A stretch of 64,000 nt of DNA from assembly GCA_947624895.1 (NCBI GenBank), contig CANQMK010000001.1, positions 4,270 through 68,269 of the forward strand. Direction: 5' to 3'. Under the pieces are notes generated by a model. It was given only the letters and a program-made list of their open reading frames with translations, searched no databases and was not told the DNA's origin. The stretch comes from an uncultured Oscillospiraceae bacterium. GTDB lineage: Bacteria > Bacillota > Clostridia > Oscillospirales > Oscillospiraceae. This document shows, in pieces, positions 9,669-18,036 of the stretch. Position 1 is the stretch's first letter. Every line of letters begins with the position of its first letter. The translations under genes and the position numbers were made by a program.

Positions 9669-9770
9669 CACAAAAACACAAACAAATGAAAAAATTTCGC
9701 ATAATTTGCGAATGAAGTATTGACAGTGCGACATTCCTGTGGTAATATGCGGTTATCGCACAGTATGCGA
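9655..9770. promoter_or_regulatory. Three operator-like palindromes TCGCA-N4/5-TGC(G/A)A
   Basis: 9655-9668 overlaps the repressor -35. 9697-9711 lies upstream of the cro -35. 9756-9770 lies just downstream of the cro -10. Confidence 0.55.
9720..9748 (+). promoter_or_regulatory. Early rightward promoter TTGACA-N17-TAATAT
   Basis: -35 at 9720-9725, -10 at 9743-9748; about 39 nt upstream of the cro-like ATG. Confidence 0.7.
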
Positions 9771-9786
9771 AAAGGAGGTGACAACT

Positions 9787-10011
9787 ATGAACTGTGTCAA
9801 CGTCAACAAGCTCAAGGGAAAGATTGTGGAACACGGCTTTTCGGTTACAGACCTTGCGGCAAAACTGGATATGGACCGTGCCACGCTTTACAGGAAAATG
9901 AGCGATGGGGGCAAAAACATGACCGTTAGAGATGCCAACCGCATTGTCGAGGTGCTTGGTTTAAGCGCCGATGATGCTATGGCTATTTTTTTTGGTCATG
10001 TTGTCGCATGA
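9787..10011 (+). CDS. Cro-like HTH regulator
   Basis: RBS AAAGGAGGTG 9771-9780, ATG 9787. HTH FSVTDLAAKLDMDRATLYRKM. Confidence 0.7.
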   Translation: MNCVNVNKLKGKIVEHGFSVTDLAAKLDMDRATLYRKMSDGGKNMTVRDANRIVEVLGLSADDAMAIFFGHVVA

Positions 10012-10043
10012 TGTGCGAATGACGGCGAAAGGAGGTGAACAGG

Positions 10044-10253
10044 ATGCCGTTGCCAGTAGCGTGTGGGGACTGCGCTATCCATGTGGACACGGCAACTATC
10101 CCAGCCTTCCGGCAAGAAGCACTCGCCAAGGGCGCCCTGGAAATCATGGACCTGGCGTTTGCGATACCTGGGGCAGAGGAACGCTACCAGGCATGGCTGG
10201 CCGCAAGGCGCACTAGGTCAAAACGCAGAGCAAAGAAAGGAGCACAAGAATGA
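10044..10253 (+). CDS. Hypothetical early protein
   Basis: RBS AAAGGAGGTG before ATG 10044. ATGA overlap with the next gene. Confidence 0.5.
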   Translation: MPLPVACGDCAIHVDTATIPAFRQEALAKGALEIMDLAFAIPGAEERYQAWLAARRTRSKRRAKKGAQE

Positions 10254-11317
10254 AAACAGGCAGAACCCTCCAGGAACTTGCCATCGAGCTGGACCGGCAG
10301 TCGGGTGCCAAAAGGGACTTCGTTGTTGAGAGCGGCGCCCTGCACATGGACATCGTTGATGAGCAGCCGGAACTCCGAATTGGGGCGTATGACGCCTACG
10401 AGGCCTTTGGGCTGAACGAGATCGCCCATAGGCAGGTGGGACAGCACTTGAAGATCCCAGCTCAGTACTACGATCGCATGAGACATGAAGACCCTGGCCT
10501 CTTGGCCACCAATGTCAACCACTGGTTGTCCAGGCAGTTGACGGTGCGTCGCATGGTGCGGACGATGGACGGCGTTGCCAGGGCTTTCCTCTCTGACCGT
10601 TACCGCCGAATTGATAACTACGAGGTTGCCCAGGCAGTCCTCCCCATCATCGGCGCCATGGACGGAGCCAGTGTGGTTAGCTGCGAGCTGACGGACTCCC
10701 GCATGTATCTGAAGGTCGTAAACCCCCGCATCCAGGCCGAGGTCAACAAGGGCGATGTGGTCCAGGCCGGCATCCTCATCACCAACAGTGAGGTTGGCCA
10801 GGGCAGCGTGACCGTCTCCCCGCTGATCTACCGCTTGGTCTGCACCAACGGCATGATTGCCGAGGATGGCCGTCTCCGCAAGTACCATGTTGGCAAGGCC
10901 AACGAAGTCGGCGAGGACTACACCATATTCCGTGACGAGACGGTGGAAGCTGATGACCGGGCATTTTTGATGAAGATCGAGGACACGGTCCGGGCGGCGG
11001 TTGACCAGGTCAGGTTTGAGCAGATCGTTGATCGCATGCGGGAGGCCACCCAGGTCAAAATGAGGCCCCAGGACGCTCCCAAGGTCATTGAACTGGCGGC
11101 CACAGAGTACAGGATCAGTCAGGACGAAAGCAAGGGCATCTTGGGCCACCTGATTGATGGCGGCGACTTGTCTTTGTATGGCGTTGGCAACGCCGTTACC
11201 CGCTTCTCCCAAGACGTGGAGTCCTATGACCGGGCCACCGAGCTGGAGACTCTTGGTTGGCGGATCATGACCATGCCCCACACGCTCTGGCGCCGACTGA
11301 ATGCCGCGGCTGTTTGA
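10250..11317 (+). CDS. DUF932-type phage/plasmid protein
   Basis: Length and motifs (RAFLSDRYRRIDN, ITNSEVGQGS, LVCTNGM) recalled from the DUF932/TIGR03299 family. Confidence 0.6.
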   Translation: MKTGRTLQELAIELDRQSGAKRDFVVESGALHMDIVDEQPELRIGAYDAYEAFGLNEIAHRQVGQHLKIPAQYYDRMRHEDPGLLATNVNHWLSRQLTVRRMVRTMDGVARAFLSDRYRRIDNYEVAQAVLPIIGAMDGASVVSCELTDSRMYLKVVNPRIQAEVNKGDVVQAGILITNSEVGQGSVTVSPLIYRLVCTNGMIAEDGRLRKYHVGKANEVGEDYTIFRDETVEADDRAFLMKIEDTVRAAVDQVRFEQIVDRMREATQVKMRPQDAPKVIELAATEYRISQDESKGILGHLIDGGDLSLYGVGNAVTRFSQDVESYDRATELETLGWRIMTMPHTLWRRLNAAAV

Positions 11318-11330
11318 GGAGGTGACAAAA

Positions 11331-11516
11331 GTGCAGTACAGAGTGTGCCCCGATTGCGGCTGTGCCCTTGATTCCGGGGAGCGATGCGACTGCCACGACG
11401 AAAAAAAGGAGGCCGCCCCCGCCGAACCGGGAACGACCTCGGGCACAAGACCCAAGGAAAGTTTATCAGCTTGGGGCCGAGAAGTCAATAGGGGGTGTCG
11501 CCGTGTCCGTGTCTGA
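11331..11516 (+). CDS. Small zinc-ribbon protein
   Basis: RBS GAGGAGGTG, GTG start. CPDCG...CDC. Confidence 0.45.
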   Translation: MQYRVCPDCGCALDSGERCDCHDEKKEAAPAEPGTTSGTRPKESLSAWGREVNRGCRRVRV

Positions 11517-11886
11517 CGAACTCCGGGCCTTGCGCCTGGAGAAGCGCATCCCGGCCAGAGAACTGGCCGATGCCATCAGGGAGATCTACCCCAGGTTCGA
11601 CAAGGCGCTGCTCTCAAAGGTAGAGCACGGCGTGGATTACGGCGTCAGTCTCAGGCCAGACGTTATGGACGCTCTCTACCGCAAATTCGCCCCAGAGCTT
11701 CTAGAGGCCCGTAGACGGGCCAGAATGGGCGGCAACCGTCTGACGTGTCGTATCTCGGCTCGGCTGGAAGATGGGGCGTATTCGGCGTTGCAACGGCAAA
11801 TACGGGCCGATGGCTATGCCACCACCCAGGATTGGGTCGCCGACATGGTATACAAGTACCTCGGATGGGGGTCTGACCATGGCTGA
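11503..11886 (+). CDS. HTH-domain protein
   Basis: GTG 11503 after AGGGGG. IPARELADAIREIY helix-turn-helix-like segment. Confidence 0.45.
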   Translation: MSVSDELRALRLEKRIPARELADAIREIYPRFDKALLSKVEHGVDYGVSLRPDVMDALYRKFAPELLEARRRARMGGNRLTCRISARLEDGAYSALQRQIRADGYATTQDWVADMVYKYLGWGSDHG

Positions 11887-12109
11887 CATCCCCGACCACC
11901 CCATCATCCGCAACTGTGAGCGGACGGGCTACCCGGACGGCAAGGAGCCGCCGGCGCCTCGTTGCCCCATCTGCGGCGAGGAGTGCGAGACCATCTACCG
12001 GGACCGTTCCGGCGAGTGCGTCGGCTGTGACATCTGTATGGAAGCCCTGGACGCCTGGGGTGTGCCCGAGTGTTTCCAGGAAAAGGAGGGAAACCTTTTT
12101 GGTTCTTAA
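11879..12109 (+). CDS. Small Cys-rich (CPICG...CVGCDIC) protein
   Basis: ATG 11879 overlaps the upstream stop; four-Cys zinc knuckle. Confidence 0.45.
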   Translation: MADIPDHPIIRNCERTGYPDGKEPPAPRCPICGEECETIYRDRSGECVGCDICMEALDAWGVPECFQEKEGNLFGS

Positions 12110-12302
12110 ATTTTTGGGGCTCGACAGTTCAAATCGTCCCGTATATCAAGACCGTGCCGGAAATCTCTATGTTGACGTGAATCCGCGCAAAGACTACGCG
12201 CCCAAAATCTTCACCAAGTATCGAAACAGCTTCGACGGTGAACCGTGTGACCCTGTACGCAAGGAGGTTACTCTTGTTCCCCGCCGATATACCTGGGACT
12301 GA
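12099..12302 (+). CDS. Hypothetical protein
   Basis: TTG 12099, 8 nt after RBS AAAAGGAGGG 12081-12090. Confidence 0.4.
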   Translation: MVLKFLGLDSSNRPVYQDRAGNLYVDVNPRKDYAPKIFTKYRNSFDGEPCDPVRKEVTLVPRRYTWD

Positions 12303-12316
12303 TAGGAGGATATCCA

Positions 12317-12571
12317 ATGAGCAAATATTACTTCACTTACGGCTCGGAAGGGCAGCCCTTTGTGGGCGGCTGGACGGAGATCGAGGCCCCGGACGCCAAA
12401 ACGGCCTGTGCCATCTTCCGGGCGCTCCACCCCGATCGTGACGAGGGGTTCCTGAACTGCTGTGCCTACTACACGGAAGCACAGTTTATGGCGACCACAA
12501 TGGCCAAGCGTGGCAATCTTGGAGCCCGGTGCCACGAGAAGATCACGGTAACGAGAAATATCTATACCTGA
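12317..12571 (+). CDS. Hypothetical protein
   Basis: ORF with RBS GGAGGA upstream; high GC3. Confidence 0.5.
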   Translation: MSKYYFTYGSEGQPFVGGWTEIEAPDAKTACAIFRALHPDRDEGFLNCCAYYTEAQFMATTMAKRGNLGARCHEKITVTRNIYT

Positions 12572-12590
12572 CCTGAAAGGAGACACTGAT

Positions 12591-13586
12591 ATGATTTGCA
12601 AGCCTGAAAGCCTGACCTTCGCGGAGAAGAAGATCCGCCTCCTGATCGCCGGCTATCCCGGCATCGGCAAGACCACCCTGGCGCTGTCTGCGCCCAAGCC
12701 CCTCTACATCGATGTTGACCTCTCCGCGGAGCGGATCAACCGGGAGATCCTCAACCTGGCCGCTGGCGTGACCCAGCCCAGGGACTACGAGGAGCTGCGC
12801 AACGACCTCGGCATGGGCTGCTCCGAGATGGAGCTGGCCGCCGTCAAGACCCGCCTGGCCGACTACCAGACCATCGTGGTGGACACCGGCGGCAAGCTCC
12901 TGACCATCATGGGCAACTATGGCCGGAAGATCGAGCCCAAATACGGCCAGCGGGACGGTAGCCTGTCCCTGAAGGGCTACGGCTGGCTGGGCAAGGAATT
13001 CCAACGCTTCCTTGACCACATCATCTATGTGCTGGACAAGCACATCGTTATCGTTTTCCATACCGTCGAGGATAAGGACGGCGATGATACCAGGCTCCGC
13101 ATCAAGGCCGAGGGTTCCTCCAAGAACTCCGTTTGGGAGGTCATGGACCTGGGCGGCTTCATGGAAATGCGGGGCAACATCCGCACGATTGGATTCTCCA
13201 ACTGCGAGCGGTACTTTGCCAAGGGCACCCGCGGCATCCATGGCGTCATGCAGATCCCGGAGCTGACGCCGGAGACGCCCAACGACTTCCTGACCCGGCT
13301 CTTTGCCAAGTACAACGCCATTTCCGGCGAGGAGGCCGAGAAGGCCGCCTCCGACAAGAAGATCTACGATGAGGCCATGGAGGCCGGCAATGCCATCATC
13401 GCCACCGTCACCGACGCCGCCAGCGCCAACGCGGCCGTGGCCGCTATTGCGGCCATTCCCCACGCCTTGACCTCGAGGAAGGAGCTGGGCGTCCTGTTCA
13501 AGAAGCGGGCCAAGTCCTGCAACCTGTTCTATGACAAGGTGGCGAAGGTCTACACGCCCGCACCCCCGGAGAAGGAGGGCGAGTAA
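12591..13586 (+). CDS. Sak4-like AAA_24 ATPase (RecA-fold recombination protein)
   Basis: Walker A GYPGIGKT, Walker B IVVDTGG; placement in the recombination module. Confidence 0.6.
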   Translation: MICKPESLTFAEKKIRLLIAGYPGIGKTTLALSAPKPLYIDVDLSAERINREILNLAAGVTQPRDYEELRNDLGMGCSEMELAAVKTRLADYQTIVVDTGGKLLTIMGNYGRKIEPKYGQRDGSLSLKGYGWLGKEFQRFLDHIIYVLDKHIVIVFHTVEDKDGDDTRLRIKAEGSSKNSVWEVMDLGGFMEMRGNIRTIGFSNCERYFAKGTRGIHGVMQIPELTPETPNDFLTRLFAKYNAISGEEAEKAASDKKIYDEAMEAGNAIIATVTDAASANAAVAAIAAIPHALTSRKELGVLFKKRAKSCNLFYDKVAKVYTPAPPEKEGE

Positions 13587-14201
13587 ATGGCTCGGTATCT
13601 TCTGACCCACTCGCTCTTGTCCTCCTGGCTCTACGCTATGAAGGATGACCCGTATGAGGACGCCACCACCGAAAAGGACGCCTACGCCGAGTTCATGGCC
13701 ACCCTCCGCCGAGAGAGGACGCCGACCACCGAGGCCATGCAGAACGGCATTGACTTCGAGGATCTGGTCACCGCCATCACCCATGGCGCCGGCGATACCT
13801 CCAACGATTGGTACAAAGCCGCCGCTGAGGTCGCCCGTATCCTGGACGGCAGCCTCCTCCAAGTGACAGCCCAAAAGGAGATCCAGGTGGGCGGCACGTC
13901 CATCCTCCTCTATGGCCGCCTGGATGCCCTGAAGGCCGGGATCATCCGGGACATCAAATTCTCCAGGAAATACGACCGGGGAAAATACATCAAGAGCACC
14001 CAGCACCCGGTCTACCTGGAGATCGTCCCGGAGGCCACCGCCTTTGAGTATGTGGTCAGCAACGGCTCCGAGGTCTGGACGGAGCGGTACGAGCGGGAGG
14101 ACACCCCCAGCATCATCCCCACCATCGAGGCCTTCCTGGACTGGCTCCGCGATACTGGGAACATGGAGATCTACCAGGAGAAATGGATGGCGAGATCGTG
14201 A
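13587..14201 (+). CDS. PD-(D/E)XK family nuclease (Cas4/RecB-like)
   Basis: GRLDAL...IRDIKFS...Q..Y motif pattern. Confidence 0.55.
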   Translation: MARYLLTHSLLSSWLYAMKDDPYEDATTEKDAYAEFMATLRRERTPTTEAMQNGIDFEDLVTAITHGAGDTSNDWYKAAAEVARILDGSLLQVTAQKEIQVGGTSILLYGRLDALKAGIIRDIKFSRKYDRGKYIKSTQHPVYLEIVPEATAFEYVVSNGSEVWTERYEREDTPSIIPTIEAFLDWLRDTGNMEIYQEKWMARS

Positions 14202-14740
14202 ACGGGCGTCTGAAAGATCTCTCCTACTCCCGTAGCGGTGAGAAGCTGCTGACCATTTCTACCCGCGAGAGTTGCCAGCGCCTATGGGACAAGCTGGGAG
14301 AGCAGGAGATCACATTCTCCATCAAGAAGCGGGTCGAGCCCAGGAGCCTCCGGGCCAACAGCTACGCCTGGGCCCTCATCGAGCAGTTGGCCGTGGCCCT
14401 CAAGACCGACAAGGACGACCTCTACGAAAACCTCCTCCGGCAGTATGGCGCCAGCGAGACCTACACGGACGGGCTGGGGAATGAGGTCGTGGTCATGTTC
14501 TCCTTGCGGGAGGACGTTCCACCCCGCCGGGTGGCCAGGCACTACGCTCAGATCGGCGAGGGGTTTGTGGATGGCAAGCGGTTCATCCACTACCGGGCAA
14601 TCAAGGGCACCAGCGAATACAGCACAAAGGAGATGAGCGTTTTCCTGGACGGCATCATCTACGAGTGCCAGCAGGTTGGCATCGAGACGGACACCCCGGA
14701 GCAGGTCTCCCGGTACAAGGAGGCGTGGGGTAAAGGATGA
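14183..14740 (+). CDS. NinB/Orf-like recombination mediator
   Basis: RSLRANSYAWALIEQLA and GTSEYSTKEMSVFLDGII resemble lambda NinB RSLDQNRKLWA / STSRM..EFAELLE. Confidence 0.45.
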   Translation: MDGEIVNGRLKDLSYSRSGEKLLTISTRESCQRLWDKLGEQEITFSIKKRVEPRSLRANSYAWALIEQLAVALKTDKDDLYENLLRQYGASETYTDGLGNEVVVMFSLREDVPPRRVARHYAQIGEGFVDGKRFIHYRAIKGTSEYSTKEMSVFLDGIIYECQQVGIETDTPEQVSRYKEAWGKG

Positions 14741-15180
14741 GAGACGTCTACTGCGACTACTGCGGCACAAAGGCGGACCTGGTGGATAGCAAGGTCGTCT
14801 ACGGCGAGAGCTACGGCCTGATCTACCTCTGCCCAAAGTGCGGCGCCTATGTCGGAGTCCACAAGGGCACCGACAAGCCCCTGGGTCGGCTGGCCAACGC
14901 GGAACTCCGCCACTGGAAGCGCAACGCCCACGCTGTCTTTGACCCTCTGTGGCAGCATGGACCATTCAGGGGCAGGCGCAACGCCGCCTACGCCTGGCTG
15001 GCTCAGCAAATGGGGCTCCCGGTCGAAAAAACACACATCGGGATGTTCGACGTGGCCCAATGCAAGACAGCCATCAACATCATTTTCGAGTACATGAAAG
15101 GAGTACAGCAAAATGGCGCATTACAGCGAAAAGAACGACATTCTCATTTCCCCGGCGGACACAGCGACCATCCCTATTGA
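14737..15180 (+). CDS. Zinc-finger protein (DUF3268-like)
   Basis: CDYCG...CPKCG N-terminal zinc ribbon. The 3' end overlaps the next gene by 68 nt. Confidence 0.45.
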   Translation: MRDVYCDYCGTKADLVDSKVVYGESYGLIYLCPKCGAYVGVHKGTDKPLGRLANAELRHWKRNAHAVFDPLWQHGPFRGRRNAAYAWLAQQMGLPVEKTHIGMFDVAQCKTAINIIFEYMKGVQQNGALQRKERHSHFPGGHSDHPY

Positions 15181-15391
15181 GGAATACCGGTCGCTCGTGA
15201 AGAAAGGCGCCCTCCTCGATATGATCATCTGTGCGGTCGAGAGTGACTGTGACAGCTTCGAAGTCACAAGCGTAGCCGGGTATGCCAAGCGTGTCCTTGA
15301 CACTGAAACCCTCCAGACGGCGTTGTTCGAGGGCCGGGGAGAGGATAGTGGCACGACAGATCAGGAGCAGGGAGAGAGAGCCGATGCTTAA
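15113..15391 (+). CDS. Hypothetical protein
   Basis: RBS AAAGGAG 8 nt upstream of ATG. Confidence 0.45.
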   Translation: MAHYSEKNDILISPADTATIPIEEYRSLVKKGALLDMIICAVESDCDSFEVTSVAGYAKRVLDTETLQTALFEGRGEDSGTTDQEQGERADA

Positions 15392-15869
15392 CCACATCGT
15401 TTTGATGGGCCGCCTGGTGGCGGACCCGGATCTCCGGCAAACTCCCGGCGGGGTCCCGGTGGCCACCTTCCGCATTGCCGTGGATCGGGACTTCAAGAAC
15501 AAGGAGACCGGGGAGAGGGAAACCGACTTCGTCACCATCGTGACCTGGCGCAACACCGCCGAGTTCGTCTCCCGGTACTTCACCAAAGGCCGCATGGCTG
15601 TGGTGGATGGGCGGCTCCAGATCCGCCCCTACACAGACCGGGACGGGAATAAGCGCGTCACCGCCGAGGTCGTGGCCGACAGTATCTACTTCGGGGACAG
15701 CAAGCGGGACGACAACGGCCCTTCCGCCGGGTATCAGCCCAGCGCCTATGGTGGAGGGTATGGTGGCGGCGGTACCCGCCAGCCTCCCGCCCAGCGGGAC
15801 GACAGACCCCCTCTGAACCAGCAATTCCGGGACCTTGACAACGATGATGACGGCGATTTGCCGTTCTGA
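15384..15869 (+). CDS. ssb: Single-stranded DNA-binding protein
   Basis: OB-fold N-terminus MLNHIVLMGRLVADPDLR, Gly-rich linker, acidic tail DDDGDLPF. Confidence 0.9.
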   Translation: MLNHIVLMGRLVADPDLRQTPGGVPVATFRIAVDRDFKNKETGERETDFVTIVTWRNTAEFVSRYFTKGRMAVVDGRLQIRPYTDRDGNKRVTAEVVADSIYFGDSKRDDNGPSAGYQPSAYGGGYGGGGTRQPPAQRDDRPPLNQQFRDLDNDDDGDLPF

Positions 15870-15884
15870 TGGGAGGTGTCCGCT

Positions 15885-16772
15885 ATGGCACAGCGACGGA
15901 TGTTCTCGATGCAGATCGTGGACACCGATGCGTTCCTGGACATGCCCCTCTCCGCTCAGGCGCTATATTTCCACCTGGGCATGAGGGCGGACGATGATGG
16001 GTTTGTGAGCAACGCGCGGCGTATTCAGCGGCTCATAGGCGCCGCCGACGATGATCTCAAGCTCCTCGCCGCAAAGCGGTTTATCCTGGTCTTTGAGAGC
16101 GGGATCGTCGTTATCAAGCACTGGCGCATGCTCAACACCATCAGGAGCGACCGCTACAAAGAGACCCTGTACCAAGAGGAGAAGGCCACCCTGTTCGTCA
16201 AGCCGGACGGGGCCTACACCGACCATCCCGCAGACGGCGCAACGCCCCTGTTGCCCCCGGGCGCACCTATGGCAACCACTTGGCAACCAGATGGCAACCA
16301 AATGGAACCCCAGGTTAGGTTAGGTAAGGTTAGGTTAGGTAAGGATAGGTTAGATAAAGAAGTAAAAGATATATATATACATTCTACTTCTACAGGGAAA
16401 AAACAGCATAAAGGGGGTGTGGGGGGAAGTGCTGACGCACTCCCGCCCCAGCAGCCGGAGTCGGTGATCGTGTTACCGCTGAATGATGGGACTGGATACG
16501 CAGTCTCACAGGAGCAGTGCCAAGAATGGGCGGGCCTGTACCCTGCTGTCGACGTGATACAGCAGCTGCGAAACATGATGGGGTGGCTGACTGCCAACCC
16601 GACCAGGCGGAAGACCCGCCGAGGCATCCTGCGGTTTGTAAACGGCTGGTTGGCCCGTGAGCAGGACCGGGGCGGCGTCCACCAGCAGGGGCGTAGCCGC
16701 GCCGCCGGTGCGTCCGGCGCTATGGAGGATCTGCAAGCCCTCCACGCCGCCCTCTCTTCGGGGGAGGTCTGA
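15885..16772 (+). CDS. Phage replisome organizer (DnaD-like)
   Basis: N-terminus RRMFSMQIVDTDAFLDMP..AQALYFHL and C-terminus LPLNDGT...NPTRRKTRRGILRFVNGWL are typical of the rep_org family. Confidence 0.75.
   Translation: MAQRRMFSMQIVDTDAFLDMPLSAQALYFHLGMRADDDGFVSNARRIQRLIGAADDDLKLLAAKRFILVFESGIVVIKHWRMLNTIRSDRYKETLYQEEKATLFVKPDGAYTDHPADGATPLLPPGAPMATTWQPDGNQMEPQVRLGKVRLGKDRLDKEVKDIYIHSTSTGKKQHKGGVGGSADALPPQQPESVIVLPLNDGTGYAVSQEQCQEWAGLYPAVDVIQQLRNMMGWLTANPTRRKTRRGILRFVNGWLAREQDRGGVHQQGRSRAAGASGAMEDLQALHAALSSGEV
16270..16393. repeat. Candidate phage origin: 4x TGGCAACCA at 11-bp phasing, 2.5x GGTTAGGTTAGGTAA, AT-rich tract
   Basis: 9-mers at 16270, 16281, 16292 and 16303 (the last degenerate). 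15-mers at 16313 and 16328, plus a partial one. AT-rich 16353-16393. Confidence 0.6.
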
Positions 16773-16773
16773 T

Positions 16774-17295
16774 ATGACCGCAAAGGAAATGACAGAGATC
16801 TTCGGCGTCATGCTCCTGGCGTGGCCAAACGCCGAGACGTTCAAAGGCGGCCTCGCAAAGCTGGGACCTACCGTCAAGTTGTGGACGGACACCACAAGGG
16901 ACATTGACTTCTGGACGGGCCAGCAGGCGGTACTGCGGCTCTGCATGGAGTCCAAGTACCCGCCCACCATTGCCGAGTTCCGGGCAGCGGCCGAGACGGT
17001 GGAACGTGACATCAAGCGGGCTATCAAGAGATCGTGGCAAACCTTGATGATCGCCGCTGCCGCACGGAATGGCGATGTCACTGACTTTCTGGAAAGGCTC
17101 CCGCGTGAAACTCCTGTTAGGGCTGTGATTACGGCCATGGGCGGCCCGGATGCGCTCATTGTCCGGGATGAGGCGGGGCGCCACTGGAACTACAAGGGCT
17201 TTGAGGCCGCCTACATAGCACTGATCCGACAAGACCCTGCCTTTGACGGCGGGGTGACGCTCGCCCTACCGGGGCGAAGAAAGGAGTGTACATGA
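16774..17295 (+). CDS. G39P-like helicase loader/inhibitor family protein
   Basis: IFGVMLLAWPNAE... pattern, and position directly after the replisome organizer. Confidence 0.4.
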   Translation: MTAKEMTEIFGVMLLAWPNAETFKGGLAKLGPTVKLWTDTTRDIDFWTGQQAVLRLCMESKYPPTIAEFRAAAETVERDIKRAIKRSWQTLMIAAAARNGDVTDFLERLPRETPVRAVITAMGGPDALIVRDEAGRHWNYKGFEAAYIALIRQDPAFDGGVTLALPGRRKECT

Positions 17296-17498
17296 CAAGC
17301 AAGAGATACCGAGGGCGAAAGCCCGGCCACATCCGCCGCACAGTCTGGCGCACCATCTGTGGCTTTGGCCTTCTGCTGACCCTCGGCGCCGCCGGCAACA
17401 GCGACCTCGGAATGTCGACGGCGATGGTGGTGCCGCCTTTGGTGATCGGGCTGACCTTGTTCGCCGTCGGCGGATACCTGGGAGAGCTGATCCAATGA
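17292..17498 (+). CDS. Small membrane protein (two hydrophobic spans)
   Basis: RBS AAGGAG; basic N-terminus, then ICGFGLLLTLGAA and VVPPLVIGLTLFAVGG. Confidence 0.45.
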   Translation: MTSKRYRGRKPGHIRRTVWRTICGFGLLLTLGAAGNSDLGMSTAMVVPPLVIGLTLFAVGGYLGELIQ

Positions 17499-18010
17499 TC
17501 GCCCAGGGGAAAGATCCCCGCCTCCAACTGCAGGGCAAACTCAACCGGGCCAGGGGCAAGGAGTTCGAGGGCCGCCTGGATGCGGCGTTTGAGTATTATC
17601 GCCTCCGGGGGAGCGCCTTGGTGGAGAAGACCCCGGAGCCGATGAAGCCAATCCGCAGCCTAGGCCGCGGCCAGTTTGTGGCCTGCTACGAGCGCAAGGC
17701 ACAGCCAGACTACAAGGGCGTCATCAAAGGCGGGCGGACGGTCATGTTCGAGGCGAAGTACACCAGCACAGACCGTGTGACGCAGGACCGGGTACGCCCG
17801 GAGCAGGGCGACTACCTAGATCGACACCAAGCCCTGGGCGCCAGGTGCTATGTGCTGGTTGGCTTCCACTCTGGGGCGGTCTACCGTCTGCCCTGGGACG
17901 ACTGGAAAACCATGAAGCAGAGGTATGGCCGGAAGTACGTCACCGAGGCCGACCTACAACCGTACCGTGTGCCGAGAGACAGGGCCGGACGGCTCCTGCT
18001 CCTCGGCTAA
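17495..18010 (+). CDS. RecU-like Holliday junction resolvase
   Basis: GKEFE...EKTPEP...DYKGV..G....FEAK.T architecture as in B. subtilis RecU. Confidence 0.65.
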   Translation: MIAQGKDPRLQLQGKLNRARGKEFEGRLDAAFEYYRLRGSALVEKTPEPMKPIRSLGRGQFVACYERKAQPDYKGVIKGGRTVMFEAKYTSTDRVTQDRVRPEQGDYLDRHQALGARCYVLVGFHSGAVYRLPWDDWKTMKQRYGRKYVTEADLQPYRVPRDRAGRLLLLG

Positions 18011-18036
18011 GGCAAAATGCGAAAGGAGTAATTACC

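Noticed and set aside
10184-14006. Long minus-strand ORFs 10184-11488 and 12543-14006
   Set aside because: They are antisense to the DUF932, Sak4-like and nuclease genes. They have no motifs and an arginine/glycine-rich composition.
16313-16352. GGTTAGG-type repeats resembling telomeric TTAGG(G) repeats
   Set aside because: The context is a bacterial phage replisome organizer gene and the reading frame is maintained. They are interpreted as iterons.
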